A stretch of DNA of 41,190 bases. Source: an uncultured Candidatus Peribacteria bacterium. GTDB lineage: Bacteria > Patescibacteriota > Gracilibacteria > Absconditabacterales > Absconditicoccaceae. Position numbers and translations under genes: made by a program. Location of the stretch: positions 1 to 41,190 of the forward strand of contig CAYXTU010000001.1 of NCBI GenBank assembly GCA_964468245.1. The letters run 5' to 3'. Of this stretch, positions 32,101 to 41,190 are shown one piece after another. The notes below the pieces were generated by a model that did no database searches, was not told where the DNA came from, and was given only the letters and a program-made list of their open reading frames with translations. Positions within the stretch are counted from its first letter, which is position 1. Each line of letters begins with the position of its first letter.

Positions 32101-33551
32101 TATGTTCATGATGTTGTTCATGCCCATGTTGGTTGTGTTTTGTCTATAGTGAAGGTAGTTCATGTAACATTTCCCGCTTTGTCCTGTATGATAAGTGTAT
32201 ATATTCCATCTGTAGTAATAGCTGTTCCGCTTGTATATGCTGTTCCGTTGAGTGTTGCTCATGAGTAATGTGTTTCTGTAATGCTTGGTGTTATGTTTCC
32301 ACTATAATACGTGCCGCTGATAATGTTATTTATTGTTGGTTGCGTTTTGTCTATCGTAAATATTGCTCCTGTAGCATTACCCGCAAGATCAGTAACTATG
32401 AGTATATGGGTTCCTTCGTTTGCTATAGTGTCTCAGCTTGAAATACTTGTGCCATCTATTGTTGCATTATCGCTGAAAGTAATCGTTACATTACCAGAAT
32501 AATGTGTTCATGATAGTACTCCTGTAAAGGTAGGTGCGGTTTTGTCGATAGTGAATGTCACTGCGGTTGTATTGTTTGCAAGATCAGTAACAATAAGTTC
32601 GTAGGTTGTTTCACCAGTTATTTGTGTACCGGGAATATATTCCGCTCCGTTGAGTGTCGCTCAGGAAAAATTTGTTTCATTAATTGCTGGAGTGATATTT
32701 CCACTAAAATAATTTCCACTACTAATATTGTTTACCGCTGGTGGTATCGTATCTATAGTAAATATTGCTCCTGTAATATTTCCTGCTCCATCAATTACGA
32801 TCAAGGTATATATTCCGTCTGTACTCAGAGTATCTCAACTATTTATTGGTGTTCCATTTATTGTTCCTGTGTCGCTGAAGGTGAGGGTTACGTTACCAGA
32901 ATAATATGCTCATGATAGTACTCCTGCAAAGGTAGGTGTGGTTTTGTCGATAATAAATATTGCTCCGGTAGTATTACCTACAGTATCTACAACAATGAAT
33001 TCATAGCTTCATTCAGTGGAAATCACCTCTCAGCTTGTGTAAGCCGCGCCATTTAGCGTTGCTCAAGAAAGATTTGTATCATCAAAGGTAATTGCTATGT
33101 CTCCAGAATATATCGTTCATGAAGTCACTCCGTTGAATGTTGGTATTGTTATATCGAGTAGTGTAGTCGCGGTAATTTCTCAGGTAATAAGATTTAGTCA
33201 TGAGTCGAAAATACTTCATGATAATATAATTGCTCATTCACTTAGTGATGATGCGTTGAAATTTATCGTGATAGTTGTTTCATTTTCTCCTGTACTTGTA
33301 TGTGTTTGAGAAATTGTATTTACACTTGTATCGATAAGCTCCATTACGACTATATCACCAGAATCAAGTGTCCCACTAAATTGCATGGTTACATCGTAAT
33401 TTGCGACATTAGCAATGTTTATGTTTGCTCCAGTGATAGAATTTCCTATGGAATCTACCGTTGCTCACACGATATTTTTTACTAGAAATGTCGTCGAGAT
33501 ACATACCACAAAAAAAAGTGTACCAAAGATTCTTTTCTTTTGATGGAGCAT
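29133..33551 (-). CDS. giant repeat-rich cell-surface protein with C-terminal peptidoglycan-binding domain (1472 aa)
   Basis: Frame from ATG 33551 to TAG 29135..29133 walked triplet by triplet: no TAA/TAG and roughly 50 in-frame TGA. Signal/TM segment MLHQKKRIFGTLFFVVCISTTFLV. At least 8 tandem ~70-aa units of type SG.YYSGN.T.TF.D…ING…S.G.Y.LIVTD.AGN.TGA.FTIDKT.P. An 11-Gly linker. Cys-rich segment. C-terminal GDSDIGVKYLQYFLKSQKYFTGTINGINTSATIAALFQFQ (PG_binding_1-like). Confidence 0.85.
31390..33160 (-). repeat. tandem ~210-nt coding repeats (Ig-like modules) within the surface protein gene
   Basis: Recurring …AGN(T/A)TGA(I/T)FTIDKT(A/Q/T)P(T)… boundaries, seen 8-9 times in my translation. 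Boundaries are approximate. Confidence 0.6.
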
Positions 33552-33702
33552 GGTTGTTTTTTTGTTTCAAAATAAAATTTCTCTATATATAGTAATATCT
33601 TTTCTGAAAACAATTTTTCTTTTGGACTCGAGGACTACGAAACTCTTGTATTTATCTTTTTTATTTGATAATATATTGATTTTTCTCTGCTTTTGTGTAT
33701 AT

Positions 33703-34074
33703 ATGGGTAAACAAAAAATAAAAAAAATGAAAAAGAAAAAAAAATTTTTTATATCTCTGTATGATTTTGCAGAGGTATTTAAACAACCAGGCATCATAAT
33801 CGTTTGTGTTGTGTCGTTATTTATTTTTATAAATCTAGTTTATTTCAAATTTTTTCCCACATACAAAACAGATTTGCTTTTGTATGCCAGTGTTCTCCTT
33901 TTTGTCTATATTTCTAACGTCTTTTTGTTTTATGTCTCTTTTTCATCTTATTTGTACTATAGAACTAGAGGCATTCGTTATAGCTATCGCATAATTAAGT
34001 ATGTTTTGCTGTCATGTTTGTTTTATCTGATAGCAATTATTATAATTGTGTTTGTATATTTTTATACGAAATAA
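33703..34074 (+). CDS. small membrane protein (123 aa)
   Basis: ATG 33703 (MGKQKIKKMKKKKKFF…) followed by three hydrophobic segments. Uninterrupted to TAA. The longer 33550 start overlaps the surface-gene start and looks non-coding. Confidence 0.4.
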   Translation: MGKQKIKKMKKKKKFFISLYDFAEVFKQPGIIIVCVVSLFIFINLVYFKFFPTYKTDLLLYASVLLFVYISNVFLFYVSFSSYLYYRTRGIRYSYRIIKYVLLSCLFYLIAIIIIVFVYFYTK

Positions 34075-34206
34075 TTATTTGTCCTTCATTGTGTATGTAT
34101 ATTACATCATAGTGGAGGGCTTTTTTTTATCCGAGCTTGATATTTGCTAGCAAAGGAATACGATGAATTATATCAGAAATATTTATTTGTTATAAAAGAA
34201 ATTCTT

Positions 34207-35604
34207 ATGTTATTTAGTGAATGTTGATTGAAAACCTGACTTTTGAGGTCATTGGAAAGTATTGGATATGTTGAAGTAACTCCTATCCAGCAACAGGTGA
34301 TGAAACTTGCCCTGAGTGGAAAAAATATCGTTGGACAATCTCAGACGTGAACTGGTAAAACAGCCGCGTTTCTTTTGCCTATTCTCAATAAAATTGATAC
34401 CAACAAAAAGACATTGCAGGCTTTGATTCTTGCTCCTACGAGAGAACTTGTTGTCCAGATTGGTGAAGAAATTAGAAATCTAACGAAATTTTATGGGGTG
34501 AGTTTTGCTTGTCTTTATGGTTGAGCAAGTCCACTTATTCAAAAAAATATTCTCAAAAAAAATCCGGCGATAGTAATTGCTACACCTGGTAGATTAATGG
34601 ATTTTATGAATCAAAAGGTGATCGATGTGAGTGTGTCAGAATATTTTATTTTGGACGAAGTAGACAGAATGTTGGATATGTGATTTGTCCGTGATATTGA
34701 AAGAATATGGAATCAACTTAGACATGTGAAACAGACGTTGACGTTTTCTGCTACTATGAATGATGAGATGAAGGCTATTATCAAAAAACATATTGCTAGT
34801 TATGAATTTATCAAAATAGGTGAGTGAGTGACAGTCGACAAAATCAATCATGCATATATGGCGGTCGAACATGAGCAAAAATTATTCAACGTAATCAAAC
34901 TGATCAAGGATCATCCCAAAGATAAGGTACTTATTTTTACGCATACCAAAAAAAATACCAAAACTATCCAACAGATATTAGTCTGAGACAAATTCAATGC
35001 AGGACTCCTCAATGGTGATATGGCTCAATGAAAAAGACAATCTACGCTCAATGATTTTAAACTAGGAAAAACACAAATACTTGTGACGACTGATGTCGCT
35101 GCGAGAGGACTTAATATGGAAAATGTCTGACTTGTGATCAATTTTGATGTACCGCTAGATCCCAAAAGTTATATTCATAGAATTGGAAGAACAGGAAGGG
35201 CTGGAGCAACAGGAAAGGCAATTATGTTGGTTTCTCCATTGGAAATTCCATTGTTTAAAGAGATAGAAAAAACTCACAAAATCAGAATACAACAATCACA
35301 ACATATTGCACAGCATGATACTGTATGAGCGTATGGTAATCTTCGTCTAAATAGATCTACTGACAAAAAATGATGAGGTAGACCACAAGCACCAAAGCGT
35401 CAAAGTTTTACCAAAACATATAATAAACTTTGTCCTACTGATGAACAAAAAGCAATGAGGGGTCAAAATAATTATCGTAGCAATCCCAATCATAAACAGC
35501 ATGAGCGTAGACCATCAAGACCAGCTGGTCCGTCTATAGCAGGAGATCGTAAACCGTTTTCTGGTGGTAGATTTAGAGGTGCGGGAAAACCGAGACACAG
35601 ATAG
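34207..35604 (+). CDS. DEAD-box RNA helicase with basic C-terminal tail (465 aa)
   Basis: Motifs: TPIQQQ (Q motif), GQSQT-G-TGKT (motif I), [20 protein letters not shown] (DEVD), [30 protein letters not shown]-rich tail. Stop TAG 35602-35604. Confidence 0.9.
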
Positions 35605-35683
35605 AGATTAGTGAAAAGTGAAAAGTGTTGGAATTTCCTAGAATGGACTATAGTTGAATTTAGAATTTAGAAAATCACTTCAT

Positions 35684-35779
35684 TACGTCATTCCCGACCT
35701 GATCGGAAATTCAACCTGCCTGCCGCAGACAAGTTGGCTATGTAGCAATATGAATTCCCGCTTTCGCGGGAATGACGTA
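35684..35779. repeat. GC-rich palindromic intergenic element
   Basis: Terminal 13-nt arms tacgtcattcccg (35684-35696) and cgggaatgacgta (35767-35779) pair. There is an inner ttcccgc-tttc-gcgggaa hairpin. The TTCCCGC…GCGGGAA word recurs at 5263-5283 and 14640-14656, with a weaker ATCCGC…GCGGAT version at about 22150. Confidence 0.7.
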
Positions 35780-35840
35780 TCCATAATAAAACAAAAAAAA
35801 CTCTACAATTTCTTGTGGAGCTTTTTTATTATGCAGGAAT

Positions 35841-37409
35841 TTATTGCTTCATTATCTTACCTAAATCTACTATGTTGAATTTTTCTAGTTGATCCGTAAA
35901 TCACTTATCATGACTAACCATAATTATTGCTCATTCATACTTGTTTATTGCTTGTGCGATAACAGGAAGATGACGGAAGTTTATGTGGTTGGTTGGTTCG
36001 TCAAGGATGAGGAGATGTGGCTTTTGAAGAACAAATCTTGCATAGCAGAGGAGTCCTTTTTGTCCTTCTGAAAGTGAACCTACGGTGTTTTGTAATAAAC
36101 TTTTGGTAAGAAGAAATTGTGCTGCTACACGATAAATATCTTGATCGCTTGCTTCTTCAGCTATCTCTTCCAAAGTATCTCGAACGGTTTTGTTCATATC
36201 TAACGCATCAAAATCCTGGCTATAATATCCTACTTTTACTTTGTTGTGAATCATCGCTATATCTTCTTCTGGATGCGTAGTGTCTGGTTCTTTGATCATA
36301 CCGTCTTTGGTTTTGTCTTTGAGCATAGCATTGTATTCTTTCATAATTTCTTCTTTGTGTCGATGGATCATCATGAGTCTTTTGAGTAATGTAGACTTCC
36401 CGATTCCATTTGGTCATACAAACATATATCTTTCATGCTTTTTGATGACGAGTGGTAATTTGTAATTTACTACTTCGTGATTTTGATTCATTAGTCCTAC
36501 TTTGTTGATTGTCACAATAGGTCATACATAGTTTTCAAATGGAATAGTAAAAGCTGTGATGGTTTTATCGTCTTTTCTTACTTCTACTTTGTTTTCTTCT
36601 GCTTCTTCTACTTCGTCTCTCATTTTGCTTGCTAATTTACGCATTTTTCATCACTTATTTGCAAAGAAATTTATTTTTTCTTTGGCGTCAGCTATTTTTT
36701 TCTCGGCTCTAGCGTTGGCCATTTGATCTTTTTCTATTTGTGCGTTGATCTGTTCCACTACATCATAGTAATCTCATCGATATTGTTCTACTTTGCAGGT
36801 TTGTTTGTTGAGATACAAGACACCATCAGTAAATAAGTTCAAAAAATCTGCATCATGACTAATAACTACAACTGTTTTGTCGTACGACATCAAAAAAGTA
36901 ATGAGGTCTCCGATACCTACCTCATCCAAATTGTTTGTTGGTTCGTCGAGGAGAAGAATATCGGGATGTTGTATTAGAGCGTATGCGAGGAGTAGTCTCG
37001 CTTGTTGTCATCCAGAAAATTCTTTTATAGGTTTGTTCATCGGTGCATTAAAGTTTACTGCTTTGAGGACTTCGTCTATTTTTCTATCTATCTGATAATC
37101 CTTTTCTACAAACGCTGTTTCAAAAAATTCTTTGATAGAAAGATTAAGCTGATCTCTAGGTATGACCTGTCTTGCTACAGCGATAGAATTTCCTTGGACA
37201 ATACTTATTTTTCCTGATTGTGGAGTCAATTCTCCCAAAATTAGTTTGAATATCGTCGTTTTCCCGGATCCATTTTGTCCCATGATAGTAATCTTGGTAT
37301 TTTCACGAAGCGAAAAATCACTCTCTACGAGAATAGGATGTTTGCCGTCGTTGTATGCGAAAGAAACTGCATCGAAGCGGAGTATTACGGGATTTTGATT
37401 TCAAGCCAT
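35841..37409 (-). CDS. ABC-F family ATPase (two NBDs, 522 aa)
   Basis: NBD1: MGQNGSGKTT, FS-G-GQQARL, ILLLDEPTNNLD. NBD2: -G-PNGIGKSTLL, LSEGQKG, LLILDEPTNHIN. No TM domain. One frame from ATG 37409 to TAA 35843..35841, joined across TGA. Confidence 0.85.
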
Positions 37410-37540
37410 TACGGTGATATGATGTGGGTAAAATACAAGAAATGACTATAAGAAAGTGATTTCTGTATTCAAGAATTTTTTCCCTACTATTTTACTTCCA
37501 TTTCCTTACTCTATTTTGACTTTATTATCTTCAACTTTTT

Positions 37541-38137
37541 ATGCTTATTCGCTCTGCTACGTTTGTCAAAAGTGCTTCAAAACTCAGTGAATGTCCTCAG
37601 TCAGATTTTCCTGAATTTGCAATGATTGGAAGATCAAATGTTGGGAAGTCGTCGTTGATCAATATGTTGGCTAATAATAGTAAGCTGTCAAAAGTTTCCG
37701 TCACTCCTGGGAAAACTAAGCTGATAGGATATTTTTTGATGAATCAAAACTGGTATCTTGTGGATTTGCCTGGATATGGATACGCTCAGATAAGTAAGAA
37801 AGAAAGAGATCGTTGGTTGGCAACTACTCAGGAATATTTTGCTGGAAGGGAACAGTTGAAAATGGTGTTTGTTCTTGTAGATGGTAGTATTCCACCACAG
37901 ACTATTGATTTTGATTTTATCTATAGTTTGGATCAGTATGGTATTCCCTTTTCTGTAATTATGACCAAAATAGACAAAGCAACGCAAAAAGAATTTAGTC
38001 TTCATTCTCGTTTGTTTATCAAAAAACTTGAAAGCTTTGTTTCTATTATGCCAAAGATATTCCCTGTTTCTAATGTTACCAAGAGAGGGAAGGAGAAATT
38101 GCTGGAGTATATTGAAACGTTAATGGTCGAAAAATAG
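37541..38137 (+). CDS. engB: ribosome-biogenesis GTPase EngB/YsxC/YihA
   Basis: Motifs: EFAMIGRSNVGKSSLIN (G1), TPGKT (G2), VDLPGYGY (G3), MTKIDK (G4). Uninterrupted, no TGA. Confidence 0.9.
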   Translation: MLIRSATFVKSASKLSECPQSDFPEFAMIGRSNVGKSSLINMLANNSKLSKVSVTPGKTKLIGYFLMNQNWYLVDLPGYGYAQISKKERDRWLATTQEYFAGREQLKMVFVLVDGSIPPQTIDFDFIYSLDQYGIPFSVIMTKIDKATQKEFSLHSRLFIKKLESFVSIMPKIFPVSNVTKRGKEKLLEYIETLMVEK

Positions 38138-38256
38138 ACGAAATGTTGCCGAAAAATAGACAAAAAATAGACTCATGATGGTTTTAAAAATAGCTATCTT
38201 TGGTCAATTATTTGTCAGTCCGGTGTGCCGGACTATTTGTCCTTTGTTTAAATGTA

Positions 38257-40032
38257 ATGTTGTATCTCAAAGTCACTAATCTTGCTAAATCTTTTACGTC
38301 CAAGGTCCTGGTTGATCATGTAGATTTCACTATTTCTAGATGACAAAAAATTGCCTTAGTGGCAAAGAATGGTGCAGGGAAGTCTACTTTACTCAAGGTT
38401 ATTATGAAAGAGATAGATCTGAGTGATTGAGCGATTGAGTGGAGAGAGTGAATCCGTATCTGATATCTTTCGCAGGACACTCGTTTGGATGAGCAGAAAA
38501 CTGTTCGTGAATTTCTTTTTGATTTTGATACCACGCAGTTTTGGGAGCAGGACGTTGAATTGAATATTGCTATCAATAAGTTGCGTATAACGTCGTATTT
38601 GGATCAGAATATTTGATCTTTGTCGTGATGAGAAAAAAAACGTGTAGCATTGACCAAGACCTTGATGGGTAATCCAGAAATGTTAATTCTTGATGAACCG
38701 ACCAATCATTTGGATTTGGATATGATAGAATGGCTTGAACGATATCTCAAAGATCACCGCATTACTTTGCTCATGGTGACGCATGATAGATATTTTTTGG
38801 AAAGGATTTGTACGCATATATTTGAACTTCATAGAGGTAAAATTGTTGTATTCCCTGGAAATTATTCGTACTATTTGGAGAGTAAAGCTATCCGTGAAGA
38901 AAACGAAAAAATCGAAGTCCATAAGCTCAAACAACTCTATAGAAAAGAATTGAGTTGGATCAAAAAATCACCTAGTGGAAGACAGACGAAGTCCAATTCT
39001 AGGGCGAGTAGGTTTGATGAGATCAATGATCGTTATGAGGTTTTGAAGGATACAGTGTTTGATGAAACTGCAAAGCTTACCTTGTCTGTCCAGTCAAGAC
39101 AGTTATGAGGAAAAATTCTCAAACTCAAACATATTCAAAAACTATTTTGAGAGAAAAAAATTCTGAATGATTTTTCGCATGAATTTAGACACAACGAACG
39201 TATCGGTATTATCGGAAAAAATGGAGTAGGGAAGTCTACGTTTGTACGTATGCTTATCGGTGAAGAACCGATAGATTCGTGAACAGTACAAACAGGCGAG
39301 ACTGTTGTTTTTGGGCATTATCAGCAAAAAGAAATTCATTTTCCTAGTGACAAAAGAGTCTCTGATATTGTGCATGATCGTAAACTGCTTGAACAATTTC
39401 TTTTTCCACCAAGTCAGCAACATGTCTTTGCAGAAAATTTAAGCGGAGGAGAGAAGAGGAGACTACATATGCTAACTATTTTGCAAACGCGTCCAAATTT
39501 TTTGATTCTCGATGAGCCGACCAATGATTTAGATCTTGTTACCGTCGGGGTACTCGAAGATTTTTTGATGACCTACAAGGGCTGTTTGATTGTGATTTCT
39601 CATGATAGATTTTTTATGGACAAGATTACTGATCACTTGTTTATTTTTGAAGGTGATGGAGTAGTGAAGGATTTTTGGGGAACGTATAACGAGTATAAAC
39701 TCGCAGTTGAAAGTTGAAAGTCGCAAACAAATCCCCCTTCGTTTCCCCTCTCGGCTTCCGAGGACTTCGCTTCGCTCGCTTTATCAAGGGGGTCATCAGT
39801 TGTGGATGTTGAAGGCAAGCAAAAACTATCATATATGGAAAAGCGTGAATTGGATCAGTTGAGTAAAGATATTGTGTTGTTGGAAAAAGAAAGGGATGAA
39901 ATCAATCGTATTTTTGATCAGCCAGATGTGTCGTATGATGATGTGAAGGCTTTATCGGAGGCATTGTGAATTATCTTGCGTCAGCTTGAACAAAAGGAGT
40001 ATAGATGGTTTGAATTGAGTTCGAGAGAATAG
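38257..40032 (+). CDS. ABC-F family ATPase, Uup-like with C-terminal coiled coil (591 aa)
   Basis: NBD1: VAKNGAGKSTLL, LS-G-G-EKKR, LILDEPTNHLD. NBD2: IGKNGVGKSTF, LSGGEKRR, LILDEPTNDLD. C-terminal part reads …KRELDQLSKDIVLLEKERDEI…. One frame from ATG 38257 to TAG 40030-40032. Confidence 0.88.
39728..39792. repeat. GC-rich palindromic element translated inside the ABC-F gene
   Basis: caaatcccccttcgtttcc…caaggggg: terminal inverted repeat ccccctt/aaggggg. Same 5' 19-mer as the gatB element but in the opposite orientation relative to the host gene. Encodes …TNPPSFPLSASEDFASLALSRGSS… between NBD2 and the C-terminal coil. Confidence 0.65.
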
Positions 40033-40112
40033 TTTTTGTCTTATGTAGGGTTTTGTAATTTGAAGGAATGGTCTTTGTCTGTCCCTGGCCCTAAAGAACC
40101 AGGTTGCACAAT

Positions 40113-40142
40113 AAAAAAAACTCTGCCTAAGCAGAGTTTTTT
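40113..40142. terminator. bidirectional rho-independent terminator
   Basis: A-run, then ctctgc-ctaa-gcagag, then T-run, between convergent ABC-F and csp genes. Confidence 0.8.
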
Positions 40143-40159
40143 GCACCATAGTAATGAAA

Positions 40160-40381
40160 TTAAGCAGCCATATTCATATCTGCATCTATTTTTCTTACGT
40201 TGATTGCGTTGATTCCTTTTTGTCCTTCTTCTGTTTCATATTCAACAGTGTCGTTTTCTGTGATAGTAGTACCATCTACTAATCCAGATATATGTACGAA
40301 TACATCTTTACTTCCGTCAGCAGGAGTGATAAAACCGAACCCTTTAGTTGTGTTGAAAAACTTTACGATACCAGTAGCCAT
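40160..40381 (-). CDS. cold-shock domain protein (73 aa)
   Basis: MATGIVKFFNTTKGFGFITP (RNP1 KGFGFI) and DVFVHIS (RNP2). True TAA stop. Confidence 0.92.
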   Translation of the reverse strand: MATGIVKFFNTTKGFGFITPADGSKDVFVHISGLVDGTTITENDTVEYETEEGQKGINAINVRKIDADMNMAA

Positions 40382-40573
40382 TGTAATTTAGAAAAAAATA
40401 ATAAAATTTGAGTAAAATAACTCAAGTAGAGTTATACACATAATCTATCAATAAGCAAGGGAATCTTTGTATATAATTTTTGCGTGATATTGGTCAGAAA
40501 AATATGTTTTGTCTATTGATTTCTGGGAGGGGATTCTCTACATATATGCCGTTTATTTCTGTTTTGTGTCTCT

Positions 40574-41128
40574 ATGTCCAAAAAAAAATGAATATCGCTG
40601 ATGTTTATCGACACGGAAACTACCTGACTTTCGACGACGGATCAAATTCTACAATTTGCTGCCATATATGGTCATTTTGATGGGAAAGATTTTCATGAAG
40701 AAACAAGAATCAATCAATATATCAATATCACTACAAAAATTAATTTTTTTGCTCAAAGAGTACATGGAATCAGCAAAAATATGTTGGAACCGTATGAATA
40801 TATGGATGCGTATATAGATCATTTTCTTGCTTATGTAGATACATCTGACTATATCGTTGGACATAATATTTCGTTTGATATCAGGATGTTGAGACAAGAT
40901 TGTGAAAGGATTTGAATACTTCGTGACTGGGATAGTTGTAAGACGTTTTGTACGATGAAAGATATCGGACATATTGAAGATCTCCCCAAGAAAAGACCAA
41001 AATTGTGACTTTTGTACGAATATTTATTTGAAAAAGATTTTGCTAACGCGCATGATGCGATGGCAGATATTGAGGCTACGAAGGATTGTTTTTTGGAGCT
41101 GGCGAGGAGAGGACATATAAAAATTTAG
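40574..41128 (+). CDS. DEDDh 3'-5' exonuclease (DNA polymerase III epsilon-like, 184 aa)
   Basis: MSKKK-G-ISLMFIDTETTG (ExoI), YIVGHNISFD (ExoII), FANAHDAMADIEAT (ExoIII, H-x4-D). The frame differs from track ORF 40480..40680. Stop TAG 41126-41128. Confidence 0.85.
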
Positions 41129-41132
41129 AGAA

Positions 41133-41190
41133 AAATGATAAAATGATAAAAGCTACGCGATAAAATGATAAAAGCTACGCGATAAAATGA
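41133..41190. repeat. GATAAAATGATAAAAGCTACGC tandem repeats (run continues past the right edge)
   Basis: At least two perfect 22-bp units plus partial units. Same family as 21952-22110. Confidence 0.85.

Noticed and set aside
30577-33485. A run of plus-strand ORFs (30577..30981, 31408..31680, 31933..32268, 32622..32915, 33097..33309 and others) encoding V/I/L-rich 'membrane proteins'.
   Set aside because: They are antisense shadows of the 4.4-kb minus-strand surface-protein gene, whose frame is open end to end and shows clear repeat/domain structure. The plus-strand products have no motifs and mirror the Thr/Asn/Gly-rich codons of the real gene.
40480-40972. Track ORFs 40480..40680 (+) and 40649..40972 (-).
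   Set aside because: The exonuclease motifs (FIDTETTG, HNISFD, HDAMAD) are in a different plus-strand frame starting at 40574, which reads through TGA. The listed ORFs are off-frame or antisense to it.

Overview
Low-GC bacterial chromosome segment that can only be read with genetic code 25 (UGA = Gly, as in Gracilibacteria / Absconditabacteria-SR1 of the CPR). In the standard-code ORF track every conserved gene is cut into pieces. Every cut I examined is TGA, and many fall on invariant glycines: DTP-G-HADF of TypA, LS-G-G-Q/E ABC signatures, lipobox LV-G-C, GxKD of TruD. I rejoined the pieces across TGA. For the larger multi-piece genes (listed in finding 1) I walked the frames triplet by triplet for TAA/TAG; the others were checked only at piece junctions and by frame and length. 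This gives about 31 apparently intact genes: truD, an OLD/PARIS-like ATPase-TOPRIM nuclease, a coiled-coil membrane protein, an MFS transporter, an orphan SbcC/Rad50-like ATPase, a sortase, typA, a KilA-N gene, a GNAT, two tiny ORFs, proS, a soluble histidine kinase, a 1378-aa ileS, thyA, ackA, membrane proteins and a lipoprotein, a thioredoxin-CcdA fusion, gatB, a 1472-aa repeat-rich surface protein, a DEAD-box helicase, two ABC-F ATPases, engB, a cold-shock protein and a DEDDh exonuclease. I saw no rRNA, tRNA, CRISPR array, transposase or integrase. Main leads: (1) The convergent typA/proS junction (12.1-14.6 kb) is a cassette hotspot. Single-gene inserts are each bounded by extra copies of the 3' coding end of the neighbouring housekeeping gene: an 84-bp typA end duplicated with only synonymous differences, and three progressively decayed proS ends, each 25-28 nt upstream of the next ORF. 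No recombinase is in view. (2) ileS carries three in-frame enzyme-domain insertions (Nudix-like plus two histidine-phosphatase folds) and appears to end early. (3) One GC-rich palindromic element family is translated in-frame, in opposite orientations, inside gatB and an ABC-F gene. (4) A 22-bp tandem repeat family lies directly against the start codons of ileS and proS and 15 nt upstream of the MFS start. (5) Two GC-rich structured islands share a motif and may be unclassified ncRNAs. (6) thyA has no UGA-Gly codons, suggesting foreign origin.
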